Below are positions 40,791 to 51,825 of a stretch of 64,000 nt of DNA, piece after piece. The stretch's first letter is position 1, and the number at the start of each line of letters is the position of its first letter. This DNA comes from Eledone cirrhosa (Eukaryota). A program made the position numbers and the translations under genes. The stretch lies in the NCBI GenBank assembly GCA_964016885.1, contig OZ024743.1, positions 112,530,001 to 112,594,000 on the forward strand, written 5' to 3'. The notes below the pieces were generated by a model, which was not told the DNA's origin, made no database searches, and saw nothing but the letters and a program-made list of their open reading frames with translations.

Positions 40791-41331
40791 CATATATATA
40801 CATACATACATACATATGTATATATACATAAAAGGGCTGCTCAGATGTTCAAGACTACGGCAAAGCAAGTTACTTTTCAGGTTAACAGTGCAGCGACTTT
40901 AGGATAAGACTTGAGCCGTCCACATGTTGATTAATTACTATGTGCTCCTTACTGCTCGCGTCTGCACACATTGCCATTCCTCCATCGCTGTGAGACTTGT
41001 GAAGAAATATCTGCACATGAGGATGGCAATGCTACGTTCTTGTGCTACACATATAGCACCCACTCTATCCCCACTGCTATGTGTCTAGTGACAAGCCAAG
41101 GCAAGATAACAAGACAGTTACGAGGATCACATGTGTTATTGTCATATAGTTAAACCTCTCCAGAGGATGTAGATGTACTCACCATGCTTGGCCAATTGCA
41201 GGTTGGTGAGGCTGTTTAACCCATCGTTGGGGTGGATGGCCGTTGATTTTGCGGAGTTTATCAACCTTTTGACAGCTCTTGTTTTGTGCCACTGGTGAGG
41301 GAGGTAAATGAATTCATTTACCTCCCACATC

Positions 41332-41396
<65 letters not shown>

Positions 41397-43215
41397 TGTT
41401 TCTTTTATTTGCCACCAGGGCATCAAAAGTGGGACGAGTACAATGGGGGGAGTTTACAAAACAAGGCGTCCTCAATAAGGAGGAGGCAATAACAATATAT
41501 AAAAATAAAATAAAATATAACAAAAAATAAAATTTATAACAAAGTCCTCAATAGAGAGGAGGCGCCTTGGGGGGTCGCACACACCCCCGAAAAAAGTGTG
41601 CAACCCTTCTCCTCAGGAGCACAGAGAAGGGGTGCTCCCTTGGTCTTTCATCTTCCTCACCTATAGTCTGATGTAGAGTGAAGGCCCATTCACACGGGCC
41701 ATTCTCGCCACTTTCACCCATCTTTCATAGAAACGGCTGGGGTGCAGCACCTCTCTCTCCATCCTGATCCTTCTTCCGAAATGATAACGGAAGAAACGGA
41801 CCAGTTGTTGGCCAGAGAGAAAGGTGCCTGACCTCAGTCCTTTCAGACGCGTCCACCATACAACCTCTTTCGCCATGGCTATTACGCACAGAAACACCGC
41901 CTCTGCTTCATCTTTGAAGGGGGGAGGCGGCTTGATCATTACAATAGACTCGGTGGTCAACCGGATCGGTCCCACCCTTGACAGCAGTTGTTCGACATAG
42001 CCCCACAGATCGGCTACGCCCGAGCAGTGTACCAATGCGTGTGCAACGGTTTCCTCGTCGCACACGCATCTGGGACAGATCTTTTTGGCGGGGTCCCTAC
42101 CCGGGCGCCCGTGTCTGTAGAGCCTTTCTCGAACGGGTAAAGCCCCTCGGTAGCACTGCCAGGCCAGGGACTTCTGGAAGTTGTCCATAGGTCCCGGGCT
42201 GAATGTCCTACCGAACAGGCTGGCCAGTTCGTCCTCCTCCATGTCTAGGGCTTCTCCGAGGGCGTCGTCGCACCTGCTGCGTACCAGCCCTCTATAGAAT
42301 GTTGCGGTGGAGTCTCCACTATAACCGGATCCGCCTGCCAGAGGGCGGTGAGCGCCTGGGCACACTCAGTGTGCCAGGCGCCCAGTTTTCTCGGTCTTTG
42401 CTTGACCCAGGATTGCAGTTCGGTGAGTGAGACGAGTCTGGGAAAGGTTCGTCTCACAAACGAGGCCCACACCGGTTGTCCGGTGAGGAATACGTAGAGG
42501 TGCCGTAGCCTTAATGCGTGTTTACGCATCATTAGCCACGGCATCCCCAGCCCTCCTTTCGAAGGGTGTTGACAGCAGATGGATCTCCTCACCATAGGAG
42601 CCCGCCTCTTCCAAAGGAATTGGAAGAGCGCGCGCTCCATCTTGGTGAGGGTTTCCCTTGGGCAGGGCACTACGGTCAGGCGGTAGTAGATGACGGACGC
42701 TATGTAGGTGTTCGACACCTCCGCCCGACCTTTCAGGGATAGTTTGCAACTGGCCCACTTCTGGGTCAGTGCAAACACCCTGTTCGTAACCTCCGCCCAG
42801 TTTTTCTCCACCTGGAGGTCCGGTCCGAACCAGACCCCGAGCAACTTCACCGGGCCCTCCGTCCAGCGTCCGACGACGCCATCGGAGGGCATCGGTCTGC
42901 CCCTCCACGTGCCGAGTTGCAAACCGATCGACTTGTCCCGGTTCAGCTTAGCCCCTGTGAACTTTTCGTACTCCTCCAGTAAGGTGCCGACCGCCTCGAT
43001 TTCGGAGGCCGTCGACACCATTACTGTCACGTCATCGGCGTAGGCCGACACCGCTTTCCGCAATCCTGGTTCCAAAGGGATGCCCTGCAACAACTCCAAC
43101 TTCCGCAGTAGTGGCTCGAGAGTCAACACATACAGAAGGGAGGAGAGAGGGCACCCTTGTCGGATGGACCGCGCGATTTTGAACGGCTCCGAGAGGTAGC
43201 CGTTCACCTTGACCC

Positions 43216-43219
<4 letters not shown>
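41397..43219 (-). mobile_element. 5'-truncated Tx1-like copy (element 2) with a frameshift, flanked on both sides by (GATA)n
   Basis: Nearly identical to the element 1 3' end; truncated within RT just upstream of RQGCPLS; 1-nt deletion near 42320 splits the ORF; (GATA)n at 41333-41396 and 43216-43279. Confidence 0.95.
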
Positions 43220-43262
<43 letters not shown>

Positions 43263-43484
43263 GTAGATAGATAGATAGAGAATTAGTCAGATACTAATAG
43301 TAATAATACTGATGATATGAGTTGATTCAAACTGAAAACCACATGATGAAGAGTTTGACTTGCGAATGTCACGGCCATACCTCTACCTATCGATGCAAGA
43401 ACATAAACATATGCGTATTTTTGAATGTATAAAATGGTCATTTCGTATAAAGTAGATGATGAAGAAGAAAGTAAAAAAAATAAG

Positions 43485-43567
43485 ATGATGCTGATGATGA
43501 TGATGATGATGTTGATCATCATCATCATCATCATCATCCTCACCATTATGGAGATGGAGGTGATGCA

Positions 43568-43618
<51 letters not shown>

Positions 43619-43640
43619 GTGATGGTGATAATGATGATGA
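43485..43640. repeat. (GAT)n/(CAT)n microsatellites
   Basis: Read directly. Confidence 0.9.
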
Positions 43641-44178
43641 ACATGGACGAGAAGATGAGGAACAAGAACAAGAAGAATAAGAAGAATAAGAAGGAGAGGC
43701 AGTAAGAGGGAGAGGAGGGGGGGGGGGGGTTACGTGAATACAAGCGTCCTATATATATATATATCCTCCATTCAATGCTATTGTTGATGTTGTTAATGAT
43801 GCAGCTGGTGTTCCTTTGTACGAATTTATACCATTCGAAGTGTCTCATGTGATTTTGGAAATTTGAAGCTTTATATCTCTTGGGAACGATTCACTTGTAC
43901 GGCCATTACTGAAATGACAATGGTGTTATATTGGTGGAACTAGTTCTTCTCTCAACGTCAAGCTTAAGTGGGTTCGATGTCATGTGATTTCTGTTACAAT
44001 ATAACATTTATGCTTTGTAAAGACAGACCTAAATGTAGATATACGATAAGATATGCTAAATAGAACAATAATGTATCTGAATTCTACACGACTCAATGAA
44101 TTGAATGTTACTTCAGGAAACAGGAAACACCATAGAGTGTGTAGTGTGTGAAATATGAAATGTCATATATCTATATAG

Positions 44179-44283
<105 letters not shown>

Positions 44284-44317
44284 TAGATATATAGATATAT
44301 GTCATTTCATATTTCAT

Positions 44318-44430
<113 letters not shown>

Positions 44431-44491
44431 TAGATAGATATATGTCATTTCATATTTCACACACACATATATATATATATATATATACATA

Positions 44492-44570
<79 letters not shown>

Positions 44571-44671
44571 ATATATATACATATATATATATATGTATAT
44601 ATGTATATATATATATATGTGTTGGTGTGTGTATGTATTTATAAATATATACATCGATATATATATGCATA

Positions 44672-44703
<32 letters not shown>

Positions 44704-44741
44704 CATAAATATACATTATACATACATATATATACATATGC

Positions 44742-44799
<58 letters not shown>

Positions 44800-44943
44800 T
44801 ACATAAATATACATACATACATGTACATATGCATAATGTATATATGCTTGTGTCTGTCTCGTTGCGTGTGTATCTGTCTCTGTGTGTTCGTGTGTCTGTG
44901 TGTGTGTTCGTGTGTCTGTGTGTGTAAGAAAGAGAGACAGTGT

Positions 44944-45039
<96 letters not shown>

Positions 45040-45040
<1 letters not shown>

Positions 45041-45180
45041 GTTGACTTAGCAAAGACATTAGAGCGTTGAATATGAAATACTTGTTTCTGTGTTCAATGT
45101 TCAAATCCCGCCGTGGTATACTTTGCTAATCATTCTTTTTTCGGGGTCGATAAAGAGAGGAGCAGTTCATTACTGGTGGA
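45040..45180 (+). mobile_element. Degenerate family A SINE
   Basis: GTTCAAATCCCGCCGTGGTATACTTTGCTAATCATTCTTTTTTCGGGGTCGATAAA. Confidence 0.6.
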
Positions 45181-45252
45181 GCTCACTCTCTTTATCTCTC
45201 TCTCTTTCTCTCTCTCTCTTTCCCTCACTTTCCCTCTCTCTCTCTTTCCCTC

Positions 45253-45323
<71 letters not shown>

Positions 45324-45348
45324 ATATATATATATATGTATGTATATT

Positions 45349-45405
<57 letters not shown>

Positions 45406-45695
45406 GTCTGTCTGTCTGTCTCTCTCACTCTCTATCTATCTATCTATCTATTTATCTCTCTATATAATCTAGCTGTCGTCTGTTCTACAGTGTGGATGTC
45501 ATTCACTTCGCACAGAAGTTTTGTTCAAATTTATTGAGGAAATTTTGTGAGTTCAAACTTAATTTTGATACAATTGTGTAGCTTGACCCTCCGTCTGAAC
45601 TGTCAGGCGGTGGGTCAGCTCATCTTTACCCCTCCTAGAGGTGAAAAACCTGTTTTAAAAAATTTTGTGTAAAAAATTTCAATCGTCTAACAGAA

Positions 45696-47573
45696 ATGTT
45701 AAACGCAGCGAACGAAAATAGTGGTGGGGGGACAGCGGTAAGAGTTGTAAGCTCGCACGCTTTAGTCCTCCCTTCCTTCCCAACTAACGTCATAGAGAAG
45801 GAAGGAAAAATGAAAATAAAAACGGACGAATCTGCGGAGGAAAAATTAAATGACGAAAACAACGAAAAAAAAAAATTTGAAAAATTGCATGACAATACTA
45901 ATAACACAAACAAAGACACAACAAACAAAAAAATAACAGTTGAAAATAACATCATATCAGAAAACAAAGCAGACGACAAGATTTCTTTTGCACAGAAAAC
46001 AAAGAAATCTTTGACTTATATAGCGGAAAACATTTCAGATGTGGTACGAAGGATCACGGACGCAAAACAATACATAAGTGAAGGTGAGAATGGTATTTTA
46101 TTGGTAAAAATGCCTCAAGAATTCACGAAAGACATTGAAAGCCGAACGGTCAAGTTTCGGACCATCAACAACAGTACAAAAAAACCTGAACAGCCTTCTC
46201 AAGCAGATATCAAAACAGTACTCGCAGAAGTACTGAATGAAACAACTTTCATAAGAAAAGACAGACTGTATGGAAGCCTAGCAATTATCATGAAGAACGA
46301 ATCGGCGGCAAAAAAATGTGCTTTGTCACCGATTCGTTCGAAAAATTTCACCTTTTATCCATCTTATATGGGAAAAAAAACTCAACGCATATGGCTGGAT
46401 GCAATGATGCCAGATGTGGACTACTGCTGGCTCATAGCTGGCTTCATCGATCCAGTGAATGACAACGTGATTTCCATTGGGAAAACCACAGGCAATGCGT
46501 TCAGTGGAACAGGTATAGAGCTGGTAGTACAAATGAAGCCTGAACGCATCGCCCAAATACCCGACAGAATCCTATTAGAGGACCACGGGTATATAAACAT
46601 TAGCGTGGAGGGGAGAAGGCCGTCCTGCCATATCTGTGCAGGCAGAGGGCACCTGAAGGCCGCTTGTCCCCAACTCAACAAAAAGAAAACCCTGCTACCA
46701 ACACCAGCTCCACCACCACCACCACAACAGATAAACAAACAACAAAACTCAGTCCCACCCAACCCGTCCCTCAGTAACACCACAACACCACCACAACACA
46801 AACAGTCACAACACATTACCCCAAAACAAAATACAGGCCCACCCAACCTCTCACTCAATAAAACAACACAACCACCGCAGACACAACACACAACACAGTC
46901 TAACATAGTGACATCCATCTCCCCCACAAAGAAAACCAACACGGAAACATTACCAGCAAACATACCTCTTCCCTCCAACACTGAAGATAACCCAACGAAT
47001 TCGGAGGAAGAAACGGAGTCCTTCAGACAGATTAAAAGGAAAAAAAGAAAACATGTGCAAAACACACAAGGACAAACAACCCCCACCCAAATCGCAACAC
47101 AATCTAACAAAACAGAAAACACCCCTCCAGCAACAAACAAAACCAAACCTGCCCCTCCCCTCTTCGAAACACTCACACCATCGGAAAAAAAGACATTACA
47201 CTATACTTACATCAACAGAAACAATAATAAATTAAATGAACTCATATACAATAATCCTTCGGTACAAACCGAAGGTGTAAACTTTGTTTCATCAGAAAAC
47301 CACCCACATTTAAAACTAATAAAAATCCCAATGAACCTCTACCAAAAACTAAAAAAGGATTTTAAGGAAGACGTAGGACCACCCTCTGTCAAACCCATAA
47401 ACCGCGTCCTACTAAAAAGCTTTCCCCCTCCCCTTCCCCTCCCCAACACAACTCCAAACACCCCAACCCCACCACACACCGACGACCCCACACCACCACA
47501 AGACACCCCTTCACCCAACACCCCCGACCCCATGGAAGTCGTGCAACCCGAACCCCGGGAAGCGGAAAGGTAG
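45696..47573 (+). CDS. ORF1: gag-like protein with one CCHC knuckle (625 aa)
   Basis: ISVEGRRPSCHICAGRGHLKAAC; collinear homology with element 1 ORF1. Confidence 0.92.
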   Translation: MLNAANENSGGGTAVRVVSSHALVLPSFPTNVIEKEGKMKIKTDESAEEKLNDENNEKKKFEKLHDNTNNTNKDTTNKKITVENNIISENKADDKISFAQKTKKSLTYIAENISDVVRRITDAKQYISEGENGILLVKMPQEFTKDIESRTVKFRTINNSTKKPEQPSQADIKTVLAEVLNETTFIRKDRLYGSLAIIMKNESAAKKCALSPIRSKNFTFYPSYMGKKTQRIWLDAMMPDVDYCWLIAGFIDPVNDNVISIGKTTGNAFSGTGIELVVQMKPERIAQIPDRILLEDHGYINISVEGRRPSCHICAGRGHLKAACPQLNKKKTLLPTPAPPPPPQQINKQQNSVPPNPSLSNTTTPPQHKQSQHITPKQNTGPPNLSLNKTTQPPQTQHTTQSNIVTSISPTKKTNTETLPANIPLPSNTEDNPTNSEEETESFRQIKRKKRKHVQNTQGQTTPTQIATQSNKTENTPPATNKTKPAPPLFETLTPSEKKTLHYTYINRNNNKLNELIYNNPSVQTEGVNFVSSENHPHLKLIKIPMNLYQKLKKDFKEDVGPPSVKPINRVLLKSFPPPLPLPNTTPNTPTPPHTDDPTPPQDTPSPNTPDPMEVVQPEPREAER

Positions 47574-47606
47574 GTCTCTACACTCTCCTTTGGCTCTGCC
47601 GCCCAC

Positions 47607-50600
47607 ATGGATGTGTTAAGAGTAGGATGTTTGAATGCACGTGGCCTGGGCTCAACTTGGAAGCAAGCAAAGCTTCTAAATGACCTCAGGTCATGTAGTA
47701 TAAATGTAATGGTTATCTGTGAGACTCGAATCAGCGTCATGCGGCAGCTGGCCCCCACCTTCGATGACTTTGAGGTGCATGCATCTCTCTGTCAACCTGG
47801 AGGTGGGGGTGGGGTTGTCGTGCTGCTGCAAAAACACCTGGGTCTTGCCGTACAGGTTGTGCACTCGGACCCGGAGGGTCGTTTGTTGGTGCTAGACGTT
47901 GGCAGTAGTGAAAGTGCGGCCTTGAGACTGGTCGCCGTCTACTCCCCTTTCGGAGCTGAACGGCCCGACTTCTTCCAGCGTTTGGAGACTTTTCTGGGAA
48001 CGTCGCGTTCCCTGCTTCTAGCGGGGGATTGGAATGACATCCTAGATGCACGTTGGGACTATGCAGGAGCATGTCCTAATAGAGGGGGGTGTAACAGCCT
48101 CAAGGGGTTACTCGACCGTTTTAACTTGGTCGATAGATATCGACTAGATTTTCCAACTGTGCCTACCTGGACTTGGAGAAACCACAGTGGTCAATCTAGA
48201 TCGTACTTAGATAGATTCTTAGTTAGAAGTAAGGATAGGGACATATTAAGCTGTCCAGAAATGCGCACGGTTGGCTACACGGATCACAAATTAGTAACCT
48301 GCGTGGTCAATCTCGAGAAAACACATAGACAGGGTCCCGGTTACTGGAAACTTAATTTGTCTTTACCGGCAAAAGAGACTTACAGAAACCGGATTAGCAG
48401 ATTAGTTAAGGAGAGGTTGACGGGTGCAATCGTCAACAACCGATGGTGGGCATCTCTCAAAAGAGAGATTAGAACAGAATCAATAAGTTATAGCAAGATG
48501 TTAGCTGCCAATAGGAATAGAAACGAGAAAGAATTAACAGGTAAATTAGAAGAGGCAATCAAGAGCGAAGATGTGGCCAGAGTGCTGGCATCGAGGACGG
48601 CCTTGAACCAGTTTTTCGATGCAAAGCATGAAGGCTGCGTCATTCGAAGTAAAATACGTGCTCTAGGTAATGAGGGGGCCAAAGCCGTTGGATGGGCCCG
48701 CGTGACAGAAGCTAAAAGTGGAAATCGATCCACCATCCGGTCGTTGCAAGACGAAGATGGACGAGTGATCCGGGAGCCTAAGCAGATGTGCGAGGCCTTT
48801 CAAAAGCACTTTGCCCGATTGTTCGGGGGAGGCGAGGGTCCGGGCCGGGGCGTGGATTTCGGTCCATACCTCGACGGCCTGCCGCGTCTCTCGAACAAAG
48901 AGGCAGAGTCCTGCGAGGGACCAATCTCGGCTGATGAGATCGGAGATGCGCTGAGCCAATGCAGCAGACGCAAATCTCCAGGTCTCGATGGTATACCTTA
49001 CGAACTTTATTTAGCAATGCCGGTCTTCTTCTCCGAACTCCTCGAAGCGGTCTACTGCAATTGGCAGCAGAACGGGAGAATTCCTTGTTCTGTAGCCAAG
49101 GGCGTAGTCACGCTGGTGAGGAAGGACGAGAAAAAGGGGGATAGTATAAATAATTTTCGGCCCATAACCCTGCTAAACACAGAGTTAAAGATTTTGGCCA
49201 AGGTGTTAGCAAAGAGGTTGGCGCTTGTCGTGGGTGGCCTGGTGGGAGATGCGCAGACATGTGCTATCCCATCCAGGTCCATTCACGATAACCTCCACCT
49301 CATGCGATACATTATAGAGAGGGTTGGCAACAAACCCGGCTTCGGTGGGGCCCTGATCAACTTGGATCAGTCTAAGGCCTTCGATAGGGTCGACCATGGT
49401 TACCTGGATGCGGTGCTAGCGGCGGCTGGGTTCGGTCCTGTTTTCAGAGGCTGGATCACTGCCCTACATAGCAACCACATCTGTTCTAGGATCAAGGTGA
49501 ACGGCTACCTTTCGAAGCCGTTCGAAATCACACGATCCATTCGACAGGGGTGCCCTCTCTCCTCCCTTCTGTACGTATTGACTCTCGAGCCTTTACTGAG
49601 GAAGTTGGAGTTGTTGCAGGGTATCCCCCTGGAACCAGGATTGAGCAAAGCGGTGTCGGCCTACGCCGATGACGTAACAGTAATGGTATCAACCGACTCG
49701 GAGATCGAGGCGATCGGTACCTTACTGGAGGAGTACGAAAGGTTGTCAGGAGCGAAACTGAACCGGGAAAAATCCATCGGGCTGCAACTCGGAACGTGGA
49801 GAGGCAGACCGATGCCTCCTGACGGTGTGGTCGGACACTGGACGGAGGGCCCGGTAAAGTTGCTTGGGGTCTGGTTTGGACCGGACCTCCAGGTGGAAAA
49901 GAACTGGAACGAGGTTACGAACAAGGTGTTTGCACTAACCCAGAAATGGGCCAAGTGTAAGCTGTCCCTAAAAGGCCGGGCGGAGGTGGCGAACATTTAC
50001 ATAGCGTCCGTCACTTACTACCGCCTGACTGTCGTGCCTTGCCCTAAGGAAACACTCACCACCATGGAACGCATGCTCTTCCAATTTCTTTGGAAGAAGC
50101 GTCCTCCTATGGTGAGAAGATCCATCTGCTGCCAACAACCTTCGAAAGGAGGACTGGGGATGCCGTGGTTGATGATGCGTAGGCACGCATTAAGGCTACG
50201 GCACCTACAGGTATTCCTCACTGGTCAACCGGTGTGGGCTCCGTTCGTGAAACGAGCCTTTCCGAGACTCGTCTCACTCACCGAGCTACAGTCCTGGGTC
50301 AAGCAAAGATCCGGAAAACTGGGAGACTGGCACACTGAGTGTGCTCAGGCGCTCAGGGCTCTCTGGCAAGCGGGCCGGGCCATCGGTGGAGAATCCACCT
50401 CATCATTCTATAGAGGGCTGGTGGCTAGCAGGGGCGATGACACCCTTGGAGAGTCGCTGGACATGGAAGAAGACGAACTGGCCAGCCTGTTCGGTAGGAC
50501 TTTCGGCCCAGGACCAATGGACAACTTCCAGAAGTCACTGGCCTGGCAGTGCTACCGAGGGGCTCTACCCGTTCGAGAGAGGCTCTACAGACACGGGCGC

Positions 50601-51044
50601 CCGGGCAGGGATCCCTCAAAAAAGATTTGCCCTAGATGCGTGCGTCACGAAGAAACCGTGGCGCACGCATTGGTGCAATGTCCTGGCGTGGCTGATCTGT
50701 GGGGCTACGCCGAACAACTGCTGTCGCGGGTGGCGCCGATTAAATTGACCGCCGAGTCCGTGATGACAATCAAACCGCCTCCCCTCTTCACAAAGGAAGC
50801 AAAGGCGGTTTTTCTGTGCGTAATAGCCATGTTGAAAGAGGTTGTTTGGTGGACACGATTGAAAGGTCTGAGGTCAGGCAACTCCCTCTCTGGCCATAGT
50901 CTGGTCTACTTCTTCCGATATCACTTCGGAAGAAGGATAAGAATGGAGAGAGAGGTGCTTGGCCACAGGCAGTTTTATGAAAGGTGGGTGATAGTGGCGA
51001 GAATGGCTCGTGTAAATGGGCCTTCTCTGTATACCATCCTGTAG
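47607..51044 (+). CDS. ORF2: APE endonuclease, reverse transcriptase and CCHC (1145 aa)
   Basis: CLNARGL, CET, YSP, GDWN, SYLDRFL, TDH; FRPITLLNTELKILAK, LDQSKAFDRV, RQGCPLS, YADD; intact CPRC..ETVAHALVQC. Confidence 0.97.
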   Translation: MDVLRVGCLNARGLGSTWKQAKLLNDLRSCSINVMVICETRISVMRQLAPTFDDFEVHASLCQPGGGGGVVVLLQKHLGLAVQVVHSDPEGRLLVLDVGSSESAALRLVAVYSPFGAERPDFFQRLETFLGTSRSLLLAGDWNDILDARWDYAGACPNRGGCNSLKGLLDRFNLVDRYRLDFPTVPTWTWRNHSGQSRSYLDRFLVRSKDRDILSCPEMRTVGYTDHKLVTCVVNLEKTHRQGPGYWKLNLSLPAKETYRNRISRLVKERLTGAIVNNRWWASLKREIRTESISYSKMLAANRNRNEKELTGKLEEAIKSEDVARVLASRTALNQFFDAKHEGCVIRSKIRALGNEGAKAVGWARVTEAKSGNRSTIRSLQDEDGRVIREPKQMCEAFQKHFARLFGGGEGPGRGVDFGPYLDGLPRLSNKEAESCEGPISADEIGDALSQCSRRKSPGLDGIPYELYLAMPVFFSELLEAVYCNWQQNGRIPCSVAKGVVTLVRKDEKKGDSINNFRPITLLNTELKILAKVLAKRLALVVGGLVGDAQTCAIPSRSIHDNLHLMRYIIERVGNKPGFGGALINLDQSKAFDRVDHGYLDAVLAAAGFGPVFRGWITALHSNHICSRIKVNGYLSKPFEITRSIRQGCPLSSLLYVLTLEPLLRKLELLQGIPLEPGLSKAVSAYADDVTVMVSTDSEIEAIGTLLEEYERLSGAKLNREKSIGLQLGTWRGRPMPPDGVVGHWTEGPVKLLGVWFGPDLQVEKNWNEVTNKVFALTQKWAKCKLSLKGRAEVANIYIASVTYYRLTVVPCPKETLTTMERMLFQFLWKKRPPMVRRSICCQQPSKGGLGMPWLMMRRHALRLRHLQVFLTGQPVWAPFVKRAFPRLVSLTELQSWVKQRSGKLGDWHTECAQALRALWQAGRAIGGESTSSFYRGLVASRGDDTLGESLDMEEDELASLFGRTFGPGPMDNFQKSLAWQCYRGALPVRERLYRHGRPGRDPSKKICPRCVRHEETVAHALVQCPGVADLWGYAEQLLSRVAPIKLTAESVMTIKPPPLFTKEAKAVFLCVIAMLKEVVWWTRLKGLRSGNSLSGHSLVYFFRYHFGRRIRMEREVLGHRQFYERWVIVARMARVNGPSLYTIL

Positions 51045-51825
51045 GTAAAGAAGTAAAGGAGAGGGGAGCACCTTCTCCATGTGCTCCCCGGGCAAAGGAT
51101 TGCACACTTTTTCGGGGGTGTGTGCAACCCCCATCACGTCCCCTCCCTTTTGAGGTTATTTTCGATTATTTTCATGTTACACCCTTTTTACTCGATTATA
51201 TGTAAACTCCCCCTTTGTATTTGTCCCTTCTTTTTATGCCTTTATGGTAAATAAAGAAATCTATCTATTTATCTCTCTCTATATATTTTTTTTTGTTATG
51301 TAACTCTCCCTCTCTGTCCCTTCCTCCCCTCTCTCTCTCTTTATTTTCTCTATATATCTATCTTTCACTTTCTTCTTCCAGCTCTCACATCAAAGATATT
51401 CAGACGACTCATAAAAACGAGAATCTAGAGGTTGCCTGCGGCTGCTCACGACTGCAAGGGCATCTAAAACCAATACATAAATATATTAAATAGCACCATG
51501 TCACACCCGAATGCAAGTGCATTTCGATGTTTTGAATTGCCATTACTTGATCCTTTTCTCACACATGTTTGACACGAACGCCAGTTTTTAGACTTGCCAA
51601 TAATTTATATTCTTTTCTGCATATGTTGCAGTTGAAATAACGCCTTTTTACGGCTACGGCCAAGCATGCCCATGCAACACATGTAAAGAAGTATAAGATC
51701 CAGTGATGCCTGCGATTGAAGCGTTTTTAAGTGAACTGGACCAAACCCACTCTCTGAACAACGATGACAGTATCCAAAAAGAAGACCACATCAACATTAC
51801 TGCCTGTCATCAAGTCACAGGTTTA

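Larger units (their letters stand above)
45467..51259 (+). mobile_element. Full-length Tx1/L1-type non-LTR retrotransposon (element 3, diverged subfamily) with a ~24-bp target-site duplication
   Basis: Two intact ORFs; TCTATCTATTTATCTCTCTATATA (45443-45466) is repeated as TCTATCTATTTATCTCTCTCTATATA (51260-51285). Confidence 0.95.
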
